Positions 28,185 to 37,883 of a stretch of DNA of 64,000 nucleotides are shown here, one piece after another. The DNA comes from Sphingomonadaceae bacterium (GTDB lineage: Bacteria > Pseudomonadota > Alphaproteobacteria > Sphingomonadales > Sphingomonadaceae). The notes beneath the pieces are model-generated. The model was given only the letters and a program-made list of their open reading frames with translations. It did not search any database and was not told the DNA's origin. The stretch spans positions 10,805 through 74,804 of the forward strand of contig JACKKZ010000002.1 of assembly GCA_024236195.1 (NCBI GenBank), in the 5' to 3' direction. Within the stretch, counting starts at the first letter, position 1; every line of letters starts with the position of its first letter. A program made the position numbers and the translations under genes.

Positions 28185-28826
28185 TCAGCCGCCCTTGCGC
28201 GCGAGCCCTTCCGCCAGCAGCGAACGCGCCATGGCGGTAACATCCTCGACCGAGCGCTGGTCACTCCACACAGCATAGCGCAGACCCAGGAAGACATTCA
28301 TCCCCATCAGTGCCCAGGCATGCGCCTCGTCAATATCAGGCCGCAAGTCTCCTGCTTCGGCCCCGCGCTGCAAGCGTTCGAACATGCGCGCGGCGGTGGC
28401 TTCATAGTGCTGGCGGTAGCTGTCGGGATCGACGAATTCGGACTCGTCGATGATGCGATAGATTTCCTTGTGTTCGCGAGCGAAGGTGAGAAAGCCTTGA
28501 AAAGCAGCGGATTCGATATCGAGCGCACGGACATCCACTTTCCCCGCCAGCTCGCCGACAGCCTCTGCTGCGCCTTGCTTCACGCGGGCGCTCATGTCCT
28601 GCACCAGCGCGCGGAACAGCGCCTCTTTCGAATCGAAATAGGTGTAGAAACTGCCCAGCGCCGTGCCCGCGCGGGTGGTGATCCCGCTGATCGAGGCTTC
28701 GTGGAAGCCCTTCTCGCCAAACTCCGCAGCGGCTGCATCCAGCAGCTTGCGCCGGGTGCGCCGCCCGCGTTCGGTGCGGGGGAGCTTGTCGTCCTGCTCA
28801 ACTGGTGGGGATGCCTGCGTGTCCAT
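28185..28826 (-). CDS. TetR/AcrR-family transcriptional regulator
   Basis: GRRTRRKLLDAAAAEFGEKGFHEASISGITTRAGTALGSFYTYFDSKEALF is a canonical TetR HTH. I take the start at the internal Met (28826). Confidence 0.85.
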   Translation of the reverse strand: MDTQASPPVEQDDKLPRTERGRRTRRKLLDAAAAEFGEKGFHEASISGITTRAGTALGSFYTYFDSKEALFRALVQDMSARVKQGAAEAVGELAGKVDVRALDIESAAFQGFLTFAREHKEIYRIIDESEFVDPDSYRQHYEATAARMFERLQRGAEAGDLRPDIDEAHAWALMGMNVFLGLRYAVWSDQRSVEDVTAMARSLLAEGLARKGG

Positions 28827-28933
28827 TTCGCCACAGCTACGCGCGCAATGCTGACTTGGCAAACACTAGAACTTGAAAGTCGGTTCAACTTTCAATACCA
28901 ACCACGTCAGAACCCAACTCAGGGAGAGTGAGA

Positions 28934-31282
28934 ATGACTGCCTTTACCCCGAAATTCGGTGCCCTTTTGCTGTGCGGCGCGGCTGGCGCTGCGATTGCGG
29001 CAACTCCTGCCATGGCGCAGGGCGCTGGTGGCGCTGCTGCATCGCAGGACAATGGCAATGCACCCATCGTTGTGACTGCACGCAAGCGCGAGGAAAGCTT
29101 GCTGGACGTACCAATTGCGGTCACGGCAATCGGTGACGAACAGCTGGCAGACATGGGCGCGAACGACCTTTCCGGTGTGCAGGGCGCCGTTCCCAACGTC
29201 AACATCGTTCAAGGCCGCGGCTCTGCCGCATCGGCCAATTTCTTTATCCGCGGGATCGGCCAACCGGACGCATTGCAAACTTTTGACCCGGCAGTGGGCG
29301 TCTATGTCGACGGTGTCTATATGAGCCGCATCCAGGGGGCGCTGCTGAACCTGTTCGATGTCCAGCGCGTGGAAGTGCTGCGCGGGCCGCAGGGCACGCT
29401 CTATGGCAAGAACACGATTGGCGGTGCAGTCAACATCGTGTCAAAGAAACCGGACCTGTATGACCTGACAGGTGAAGCCAGCTTCACCTATGGCAAATAT
29501 GACGAGACCACTGCCAAAGGTTATGTCTCGGCCCCGATCGCGCCGGGCAGTGTCGCACTGTCGGTGGCCGCCCTGTATGACAATCGCGACGGTATCGTGA
29601 CCGATCCGCTGACTGGCCGGGAATATAATGACCGTAACAACCTTTCCATGCGCGGCATCCTGCGCGCGCAACCGAGCGAAACGGTCGAAGTACTGTTGTC
29701 GGCGGATTACACTCGCCAGCGCAATGAATTGACCTTGGGCTGCGCCACCACGCCGCAGATCGGGTTTGACTATAATGCAACCTTCACTGGCTTGACGCCA
29801 TTTGTCATCGCGCCGGCCGGGGATTGCGACAATTTCAACTACCAGGCTTCGACCAGCTTCACCGGAGATGAAGGCCAGAAGCTGGAACATTGGGGCGTTT
29901 CCGGCACGATCAATATCGACCTGTCAGACACGCTGTCGCTGACGTCGATCAGCGCCTATCGCAAGCTGACACCTGACCTGTTTATCGATATTGACGCGAC
30001 CACCGCCCAGACCGGCGACGTGTTTGTCGGGATCAATCAGGAACAGCTGAGCCAGGAATTGCAGCTCAAGCTGGATATGGACCGGCTGGCCGGGGTGTTC
30101 GGCCTTTACTACCTGAACGAGAAGGTTTCTTCACATCAGGAAGCCTATGCTGACAGCTATTTGCGCTATGTTGGCACACCGCTGGATTTCATCCGCACCA
30201 TTGACGACGATCAGGAGCTGGACAGCTACGCCGCCTTCGGCCAGTTGACCTATGATTTCACCGACCAGTTCTCCATCACGGCGGGTCTGCGCTACACGCA
30301 TGAGAAGAAGCGCTATTTCCGCACCACCAGCGCATTGCTCTCCAGCCCGATCTTCACTGCCGTGCAGATACCCAGTGGCTTCACCTTCCCTGACGACCTG
30401 CCGGCGCCATTCAACAGCGTGGACAGTGTGTCCTTCGACGCATGGACGCCAATGGTTTCGGCCAGCTTCAAGCCGACGCCGGATACGCTGATCTACGCTT
30501 CGGCCAGCCGCGGCTTCAAGTCGGGCGGCTTCAATGGCCGCGTCAACGGGCTGGGCGATGTTACGCTGGAAGTGAACGGCCAGACTGAACTGGTCCCCTT
30601 CTTCGCCCCGGAAAAGGTGTGGACCTATGAAGTCGGCGCCAAAGGCAGCTTCCTTGATGGGCGGGTCAATCTCTCGGTCGCGGCCTTCCGCTCGGACTAC
30701 AAGGATTTCCAGGCCCGCGTGGGTGGCGGCAACACCGGCATCACCGGGGGCAGCTTCCCGGTCATCAATGCCGGTCAGCTGAAGATCCAGGGCGTGGAAT
30801 TCGAAGCCGTGGTCAAGCCCTCCACCCCGCTGACGCTGATGGCTTCGGTCGGCTATCTTGACGCGGATTACAAGGAATTCGCCGATGGCCGCCGTGCGCC
30901 TGCCTTCAGCTGCAACCCCACTGGAACCGCAGTCGTCTGCGAACCGGCCTTTGCCCCGCCAATCACGGCGCGGCTGGCGGCGGATTACACCGTTCCGGTT
31001 GGCAGCAATGCCACGCTCAGCCTTGGCGGAGACATGCGCTTTGTCGACAAGCACTTCCTGTCAGTCGATAACCGCCCCGGCCTGACGGAAAAGGGATACT
31101 GGCTCGGCAACATTTATGCGCAGGTCGATTTCGATGGTTTCTACCTGCGGGGCATGGTCAAGAATGTGACCGATACTCTCTATCGCACCGATGGGCAGGA
31201 ATTCAGCGCAGTCGCCAATATCCAGACGGTCTATTTCGGTGACCCGCGCACCTGGCAGGTAACCGCTGGCTTCCGCTTCTGA
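28934..31282 (+). CDS. TonB-dependent receptor
   Basis: It has a signal peptide, a plug domain (PIVVTARKREESLLDVPIAVTAI, EVLRGPQGTLYGKNTIGGAVNIV) and a C-terminal beta-barrel ending in TAGFRF. An AGGGAGAG SD precedes the ATG at 28934. Confidence 0.9.
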   Translation: MTAFTPKFGALLLCGAAGAAIAATPAMAQGAGGAAASQDNGNAPIVVTARKREESLLDVPIAVTAIGDEQLADMGANDLSGVQGAVPNVNIVQGRGSAASANFFIRGIGQPDALQTFDPAVGVYVDGVYMSRIQGALLNLFDVQRVEVLRGPQGTLYGKNTIGGAVNIVSKKPDLYDLTGEASFTYGKYDETTAKGYVSAPIAPGSVALSVAALYDNRDGIVTDPLTGREYNDRNNLSMRGILRAQPSETVEVLLSADYTRQRNELTLGCATTPQIGFDYNATFTGLTPFVIAPAGDCDNFNYQASTSFTGDEGQKLEHWGVSGTINIDLSDTLSLTSISAYRKLTPDLFIDIDATTAQTGDVFVGINQEQLSQELQLKLDMDRLAGVFGLYYLNEKVSSHQEAYADSYLRYVGTPLDFIRTIDDDQELDSYAAFGQLTYDFTDQFSITAGLRYTHEKKRYFRTTSALLSSPIFTAVQIPSGFTFPDDLPAPFNSVDSVSFDAWTPMVSASFKPTPDTLIYASASRGFKSGGFNGRVNGLGDVTLEVNGQTELVPFFAPEKVWTYEVGAKGSFLDGRVNLSVAAFRSDYKDFQARVGGGNTGITGGSFPVINAGQLKIQGVEFEAVVKPSTPLTLMASVGYLDADYKEFADGRRAPAFSCNPTGTAVVCEPAFAPPITARLAADYTVPVGSNATLSLGGDMRFVDKHFLSVDNRPGLTEKGYWLGNIYAQVDFDGFYLRGMVKNVTDTLYRTDGQEFSAVANIQTVYFGDPRTWQVTAGFRF

Positions 31283-31294
31283 TCGGGCGGAGCA

Positions 31295-32170
31295 ATGGCT
31301 GAACAACAGGCGTGGCGCGCGGTGCATTACCGCAGCGCTGACGACCGGCTCGACCTCTTCGCCCGGGATTACCCGGGCGGAGAGGGGGCCTCCCCCCTGC
31401 TGATGATGCACGGGCTGACCCGCAACAGCGCGGATTTCGAGCCGCTGGTGCAGCATCTGGGGGATAAATACCGCATGATCGTGCCCGACCAGCGCGGGCG
31501 CGCGCGGTCAGAATATGATCCTGACCCGGCCAATTACCGGCCCGATATCTATGTCCCGGATATGTGGGCCTTGCTCGATACGCTCGGGATTGAGCGGGTC
31601 ACGCTGGTCGGTACCTCCATGGGCGGGCTGATGTCCATGATTATGGGTGCCACCCGGCCAGACCGTATTTCCGCCATAGTGCTCAACGATATCGGCCCCG
31701 AATTAATGCAGGAAGGGCTTGACCGCATCCGCACTTATGTCGGAGGTCGTGCAATTATGAAGGATTGGGACGAGGCTGCCGATCGCTGCAAGGCGATCAA
31801 CGAGACAGCCATGGATGGATTTACGGCGGCCGACTGGCTCGCTTTCGCCCGGCGCACTTGCGAGCAAGTGCCCGAAGGCGGCATTCGCTTTGCCTATGAC
31901 CCGGCAATCGCTGCGGGCATGGCAGAGGAAGACCCGGCGACTGTTCCCGCCGATCTGTGGCCGATGTGGGACACGCTCTCTGACATTCCCGTGCTGGCGC
32001 TGCGCGGCGCGAAGAGTGATTTGCTCAGCGCGGAGACTGTGCAGCAGATGAAGGCGCGCCATTCCGGTCCCTTCGCCCATGCCGACATCGCCGGGCGCGG
32101 CCATGCGCCGATCCTTGACGAACCCGATGCGCTGGCAGCCATCGAACCGTTCCTGGCGGCATATGGCTGA
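31295..32170 (+). CDS. alpha/beta hydrolase
   Basis: HGLTRNSADF, the nucleophile elbow LVGTSMGG, and a C-terminal GHAP His block. Confidence 0.8.
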   Translation: MAEQQAWRAVHYRSADDRLDLFARDYPGGEGASPLLMMHGLTRNSADFEPLVQHLGDKYRMIVPDQRGRARSEYDPDPANYRPDIYVPDMWALLDTLGIERVTLVGTSMGGLMSMIMGATRPDRISAIVLNDIGPELMQEGLDRIRTYVGGRAIMKDWDEAADRCKAINETAMDGFTAADWLAFARRTCEQVPEGGIRFAYDPAIAAGMAEEDPATVPADLWPMWDTLSDIPVLALRGAKSDLLSAETVQQMKARHSGPFAHADIAGRGHAPILDEPDALAAIEPFLAAYG

Positions 32171-33449
32171 GGGCATGGCACCCCCTGTAGCTCAGCCGCG
32201 CACAGGCCCGAAACCCGGTGTCGTGCTGGCCATGCTGTTGCTGGTCTACACTTTCAACTTCCTCGACCGGCAGATCCTCGGCATCCTGGCCCAGCCGATC
32301 AAGGACGACCTCGGCCTGTCCGATGCGCAATTTGGCGCGCTGGGCGGAATTGCCTTTGCCCTGCTCTACTCGATCCTCGGCGTCCCGCTGTCATTGCTGG
32401 CAGACCGCACAAGGCGCAGCTGGGTGATTGCCGGTGCGCTGGCATTCTGGAGCGGGTTTACCGCGCTGTGCGGCACCGCCACGCAATTCTGGCAGATGTT
32501 CGCTTTCCGGCTTGGCGTCGGCATCGGCGAGGCTGGCGGGGTCGCCCCGTCCTATGCGCTGATCGCGGATTATTTCCCGCCGCATAAGCGCGCCCGCGCA
32601 TTGGCAATCTTTTCACTTGGCGTACCCATCGGGCTGGCAGGCGGAACCCTGCTGGGTGCCTATATTGCCGAGCTGGTCAATTGGCGCGCGGCCTTCCTGT
32701 TCATGGGCATTGCCGGGGTGATTCTTGCCCCGATTTTCCTGTTCGTGGTGAAAGACCCGCCGCGGCCCAAGAGTGCTGCCAAGCCTGCACCGCTGCTTTC
32801 GGTTTTTCCGATCATCACCAAAAAGCCCAGCTTCTGGCTGATGGCCTTTGCCGCCAGTTGCAGCTCGCTTTGCGGCTATGGCCTGGCGCTGTGGACCCCC
32901 GCCGTGCTGATGCGCAGCTTCGGCCTCGACATGATCGGCACGGGCCAGTTCCTTGGCGGCTTGCTGCTGATCGGTGGCACCGCTGGTGTGTTCGCCGGTG
33001 GCTGGCTGGCAGACAAGCTCGGCATGGCAGACAAGAGCTGGTATCCGCGCCTGCCCGCTATCGCATGGCTGATTACGCTGCCCTGCTTCGCCACGGCCCT
33101 GCTCGTGGATATGCCGCTCTGGGCCGTGTGGCTGTTGCTGCTGGTGCCGAATGGGCTCAACATCCTCTGGATCGGCCCGCTGACCACGGCTGTGCAGCAC
33201 CTCGTCCCGCAGCATATGCGCGCTACCGCTTCGGGCAGCTTCCTGATGATCAACAATCTTATCGGCATTGGCGTGGGCCCGACGCTGATGGGCTTCCTGT
33301 CGGACCGGTTCGAAGGCACATATGGCGACGATGCGTTGCTCTATGCGGCAGTCGCCTGCCTCGGCTTCTATCTGGTGGCGGCAATCCTCGCGCTTTTGGC
33401 CAGCCGCACGATCAGCAAGGATTGGGTGGACGATCACGCCCCAGCCTGA
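32163..33449 (+). CDS. MFS transporter (Spinster-like)
   Basis: The signature is FNFLDRQILGILAQPIKDDLGLSDAQFG, with 12 predicted TM segments. The ATG at 32163 overlaps the stop of the upstream hydrolase. Confidence 0.85.
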   Translation: MAEGMAPPVAQPRTGPKPGVVLAMLLLVYTFNFLDRQILGILAQPIKDDLGLSDAQFGALGGIAFALLYSILGVPLSLLADRTRRSWVIAGALAFWSGFTALCGTATQFWQMFAFRLGVGIGEAGGVAPSYALIADYFPPHKRARALAIFSLGVPIGLAGGTLLGAYIAELVNWRAAFLFMGIAGVILAPIFLFVVKDPPRPKSAAKPAPLLSVFPIITKKPSFWLMAFAASCSSLCGYGLALWTPAVLMRSFGLDMIGTGQFLGGLLLIGGTAGVFAGGWLADKLGMADKSWYPRLPAIAWLITLPCFATALLVDMPLWAVWLLLLVPNGLNILWIGPLTTAVQHLVPQHMRATASGSFLMINNLIGIGVGPTLMGFLSDRFEGTYGDDALLYAAVACLGFYLVAAILALLASRTISKDWVDDHAPA

Positions 33450-33537
33450 GCTGCAAACACCTCCTGCCAGCACTTGATTAACGTCTGGACCGGGTGCAAG
33501 CGGGGAATTGAAACGCCGCCATCTCAAGAGTTGTCCA

Positions 33538-36500
33538 ATGCCTGCTTTTGCTCCGCTTGATCGCGCTACCTTGCGTGCGCCCTATCGCATGGACGAGGCG
33601 GCCTGCATTGCCGAACGCCTCAGGCAGGCAGCCCCTGCCAGCGCTACCCATCCGCAAGCCAGCGCGCTGGCCGCCACGCTGATCGAAGGCGCGCGGGCGC
33701 ATAAGGCGAGCGGGCTCGACGCCTTCCTTCACGCCTATGGGCTTGCGACGGAAGAAGGCATCGCGCTGATGTGCCTTGCCGAAGCGCTGTTGCGTGTGCC
33801 CGACCATGCCACCGCCGATGCACTGATCCGTGACAAGCTGGCCGATGTAGAATGGGGCGACCATCTGGGCGAAAGCCCCTCCACCTTCGTCAACGCCGCC
33901 ACTTTCTCGCTGATGCTCACCGGCGAAGTGCTCGACAAGCCCGAAGAGCACCAGCGCGGAATGGGTGCAACTTTGCGCCGCGCCATCGGGCGGCTGGGTG
34001 AGCCAGTGATCCGCAAGGCGGTGACGCAGGCGATGCGCATCCTCGGCGGGCAATTCGTTTTCGGCGCACGATTGACGAAGCGCTGGAGCGTGCCGCGCCG
34101 GAACGCAAGCGCGGCCTGACCCATAGTTTCGACATGCTGGGCGAAGCGGCGATGACCTTTGCCGATGCCGAGCGCTACCGCGCATCCTACGCTGCCGCCA
34201 TCGCCCGGCTGACGAGTGAGTCCGATGGCGATGTGGGCACGTCCCCCGGCATTTCAGTGAAGCTTTCTGCGCTCTATCCGAAATATGATTTCTACCATGG
34301 CGAGGCGGCGGTGGCGGCGCTGGTGCCGATTGTGCGCGACCTCGCCCTGCAGGCCCGCGATGCCGGGATCCATTTCACCGTCGATGCCGAAGAGGCCGAG
34401 CGGCTGGAACTGTCGCTCGACATTATCGAAGCACTGATGGCTGACAGCGATTTGTTCGCAGGTGGCTGGGACGGCTTCGGCCTCGCCATCCAGCTTACCA
34501 GAAGCGCGCCCTGCCCCTGTGCGACTGGATCGCGCAACTGGCGCGCCGACACGGGCGGCAGCTATTCGTGCGGCTGGTCAAAGGCGCCTATTGGGATAGC
34601 GAAATCAAGCTGGCGCAGGTCGGCGGGCTGGCCGACTATCCGGTGTTCACCCGCAAGCTGGCCACCGATGTTTCCTACCTCGCCTGCGCGGGCCGGTTGC
34701 TGGCGGCGGGCGATGTGGTCTTTCCGGCCTTTGCCACGCATAACGCCTATACAATCAGGGGCCATCAAGGCGCTGGCTGCTGAAAGCCGTTCTTCCTTCG
34801 AATTTCAACGGCTGCATGGCATGGGCGAAGACGTTTACGCCGCGCTGGGGAGCGGAAGAGAAACGCCTCGGCCAACCACAAACACGGGTGCGCATCTATG
34901 CACCGGTGGGCGGGCATAAGGAATTGCTCGCCTATCTCGTGCGCCGCCTGCTGGAAAACGGCGCGAACAGCTCCTTCGTCAACCGCATGGCCGACGCGCA
35001 AGTGCCGGTGGCAGAACTGGTCACCGATCCGGTTGCGGAGCTGGCCGCGCTGGAGCCGAAGCGGAACGAGGCGATCCCCCTTCCCGCTGACATCTTCCCT
35101 GGACGGGTCAACAGCGCGGGCACGGATCTGTCCGACCCGCTGGTGCGCGAACCATTGCTGGCGCGGCTGGAGGCGATGGAAGACCGCCTCTGGCAAGCCG
35201 CTCCCACGCTGATCGCTGACGGTGAAGGCTCCACCTGCGAAGTACGCAGCCCGCAGGATCGCCGCCAACTGGTCGGCACGGTGCAGGAAGCGAGCGCCGC
35301 CGATATTGACGCTGCGATGGACGCCGCCCGCGCGATCCAGCCGGGCTGGGATGCGTTGGGGGGCGAGAAGCGCGCGCTCTTGCTCGAAGAAGCGGCTCGC
35401 CTGTTTGAAGAGCATACCGAAGAGTTCCTCTCGCTCTGTCGCCGCGAGGCGGGCAAGACCGTGCTCGACGGGGTGCTGGAAGTGCGCGAGGCGGTTGATT
35501 TCCTGCGCTATTACGCCACCGAGGCGCGCCGCCAGTTCACCACGCCCGAAATCCTCCCCGGCCCCACGGGGGAAGAGAATAGCATCCGCCTGCACGGGCG
35601 CGGCGTGTTCGTTGCGATCAGCCCGTGGAACTTCCCGCTGGCGATCTTCACCGGGCTGGTCGCCGGACCGCTGGCGGCGGGCAACACGGTGCTGGCCAAG
35701 CCGGCCGAGCAGACCCCCCTGATCGCGGGCCATGCGATCGACCTGTTCCACAAGGCCGGGGTGCCGCTGGAGGTGGTGCAATTCGTCCCCGGCGACGGTA
35801 CGGTCGGCGCGATGCTGACCGGCGATCCGCGCATTGCCGGGGTGGCCTTTACCGGATCGACCGATACCGCCCGCGCGATCAACCGCAGCCTCGCCGCGCG
35901 CGATGGCCCGCTCGCCCAGCTGGTCGCCGAAACCGGCGGGCAGAACGCGATGATCGTCGACAGTTCGGCCTTGCCCGAACAGGTCACGCGCGATGTGGTG
36001 GCAAGCGCCTTCCAAAGCGCAGGCCAGCGCTGCTCCGCTTTGCGGGTACTCTACCTGCAGGACGATGTTGCCGATACCATGCTCGAGATGATCCTGGGCG
36101 CCTTTGAGGCGCTGGTGATCGGCGATCCCGAGGATCTTGCCACCGATGTCGGCCCGGTGATCGATGGCGAGGCCAAGGCCGGTCTCGACGCGCATATCGC
36201 CGCCATGGCGTCAGCCGGGAAAGCCATCTGGCAAGGCGAGTCTGGCAGCGAGCATGGCTGTTTCGTCCCGCCGACGATTATCGAAATCACCTCCATCGCT
36301 GAGCTGGAACGCGAGAATTTCGGCCCCGTCCTGCATGTCGTGCGGTTCAGGGCGGGCGAGCTGGAGCAAGTGATCGCGGATATCAACGCCACCGGATACG
36401 GCCTCACCCTCGGCCTCCACAGCCGCATCGAAGCGACGCACCGGCTGGTTCAGGCGAAAGCACGCGTGGGCAATCTCTATATCAACCGCAACCAGATCGG

Positions 36501-36660
36501 CGCGGTGGTGGGCAGCCAGCCCTTTGGCGGAGAGGGCCTGTCGGGCACCGGCCCCAAGGCTGGCGGCCCGCATTATCTCGCCCGCTTCGCCACCGAACGC
36601 GTGACCTGCACCGACACGACCGCCGCCGGAGGCAATGCCAGCCTGCTGGCCAGCGGATAG
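33538..36660 (+). pseudogene. putA: bifunctional proline dehydrogenase / P5C dehydrogenase PutA, interrupted by four 1-nt indels
   Basis: PutA blocks are spread over frames 1, 0, 2, 0 and 1. The blocks are LMCLAEALLRVPD..., FDMLGEAAMTFADAERY..., VRLVKGAYWDSEIKLAQVGG..., FEFQRLHGMGEDVY... and RIYAPVGGHKELLAYLVRRLLENGANSSFV, followed by an intact aldehyde dehydrogenase domain. The frame changes occur near 34065, 34493, 34757-34761 and 34847-34851. Confidence 0.8.
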
Positions 36661-36708
36661 GGGCTGTTCATTAACCGCTTCTTGGCGCGGATATGCTAAG
36701 GGCCGCGC

Positions 36709-37710
36709 ATGACCAGGACCACTATCGTCACCGGCGCGGCAGGCTTTATTGGCGCTGCCTTGTCCGAAGCCCTGCTGGCGCGCGGAGAGCGCGTGATCGG
36801 GATCGACAATTGCAATGATTATTACGCTGTCTCGCTGAAAGAGGCACGGCTGCGCCGCCTGTCTGACCGGCACGGTGATAGCTTCACCTTCCACCGGCTC
36901 GACTTTGCCGACAATGCCGCGCTGCTGGCCGCGCTGGAGGGGACGGAGTTCAGCCACATCGTCCATCTCGGCGCGCAGGCGGGCGTGCGCTATTCGATCG
37001 ACAACCCCCATGCCTATGTCCAGTCGAACCTCGTCGGCCATGTGAACATGCTGGAATTGGCGCGACACCGGGGGGTGGCGCATATGGTCTATGCCAGCTC
37101 CAGCTCGGTCTATGGCGGGAATGACAAAGTGCCTTTCTCGGTCGAGGATCGCTGCGATCACCCCGTGTCGCTCTATGCCGCGACCAAGAAGGCGGACGAG
37201 CTGATGAGTGAGACCTACGCGCATCTGTTCCGCCTGCCGCTCACAGGCCTCAGGTTCTTCACCGTCTATGGCCCGTGGGGCCGGCCCGACATGGCACTGT
37301 GGAAGTTCACCGCGAACATCATCAATGGCAAGCCGATCCCGGTGTTCAACCATGGCGATATGTACCGCGACTTCACCTATATTGACGACATTATCGCGGG
37401 CGTTATCGCCTGCCTCGACCATCCGCCCGCTGACGATGGCGCGCAAAAACCCGGCGGCAGCGTGAAGCCGCATGCGGTCTACAATATCGGCAACAACCAG
37501 TCCGAACCGCTGATGAAGCTCATCAACGTGCTTGAGGATGCACTGGGCCGCAAGGCTCAGATGGAAATGCTCCCGATGCAGCCGGGCGACGTGCACAAGA
37601 CCTTCGCCGATATCGAAGCGATCCGCAACGATCTGGGTTACGAACCGACCACCAGCATCGAAGTGGGCGTGCCGAAATTCGTCGAATGGTATCGCGGGTA
37701 TAACGGGTAA
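36709..37710 (+). CDS. NAD-dependent epimerase/dehydratase (UDP-glucuronate 4-epimerase-like)
   Basis: VTGAAGFIGAAL Rossmann motif, SSSSVYG, and the YAATKKADE (YxxxK) catalytic motif. Confidence 0.85.
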   Translation: MTRTTIVTGAAGFIGAALSEALLARGERVIGIDNCNDYYAVSLKEARLRRLSDRHGDSFTFHRLDFADNAALLAALEGTEFSHIVHLGAQAGVRYSIDNPHAYVQSNLVGHVNMLELARHRGVAHMVYASSSSVYGGNDKVPFSVEDRCDHPVSLYAATKKADELMSETYAHLFRLPLTGLRFFTVYGPWGRPDMALWKFTANIINGKPIPVFNHGDMYRDFTYIDDIIAGVIACLDHPPADDGAQKPGGSVKPHAVYNIGNNQSEPLMKLINVLEDALGRKAQMEMLPMQPGDVHKTFADIEAIRNDLGYEPTTSIEVGVPKFVEWYRGYNG

Positions 37711-37721
37711 AAGGCGGATCG

Positions 37722-37857
37722 AAGCCCCTCCTCTTCAGGGGAGGGGCAACGAGACTTGGCAGCTTGCTGCCTAGTCGCAGTGGGGTGGGGGTTGGCCGCC
37801 AGCCCATCGCATGCTGACAGCCCCCACCCCAACCCCTCCCCTGAAGGGGAGGGGCTT
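37722..37857. repeat. GC-rich palindromic repeat, family A, copy 1 (MITE/REP-like, 136 bp)
   Basis: The ends are the hairpins GCCCCTCC-TCTTCA-GGGGAGGGGC and CCCCTCCCC-TGAA-GGGGAGGGGC. Its reverse complement aligns along its length with 54914..55053. Confidence 0.8.
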
Positions 37858-37883
37858 GAGTAACCGCGAACGTCCCCCTGCTC

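Noticed and set aside
34765-37596. Minus-strand ORFs of 476 aa (34765..36195) and 461 aa (36211..37596), opposite putA and the epimerase gene.
   Set aside because: Same shadow-ORF signature. The sense strands carry canonical PutA aldehyde dehydrogenase and SDR epimerase motifs.
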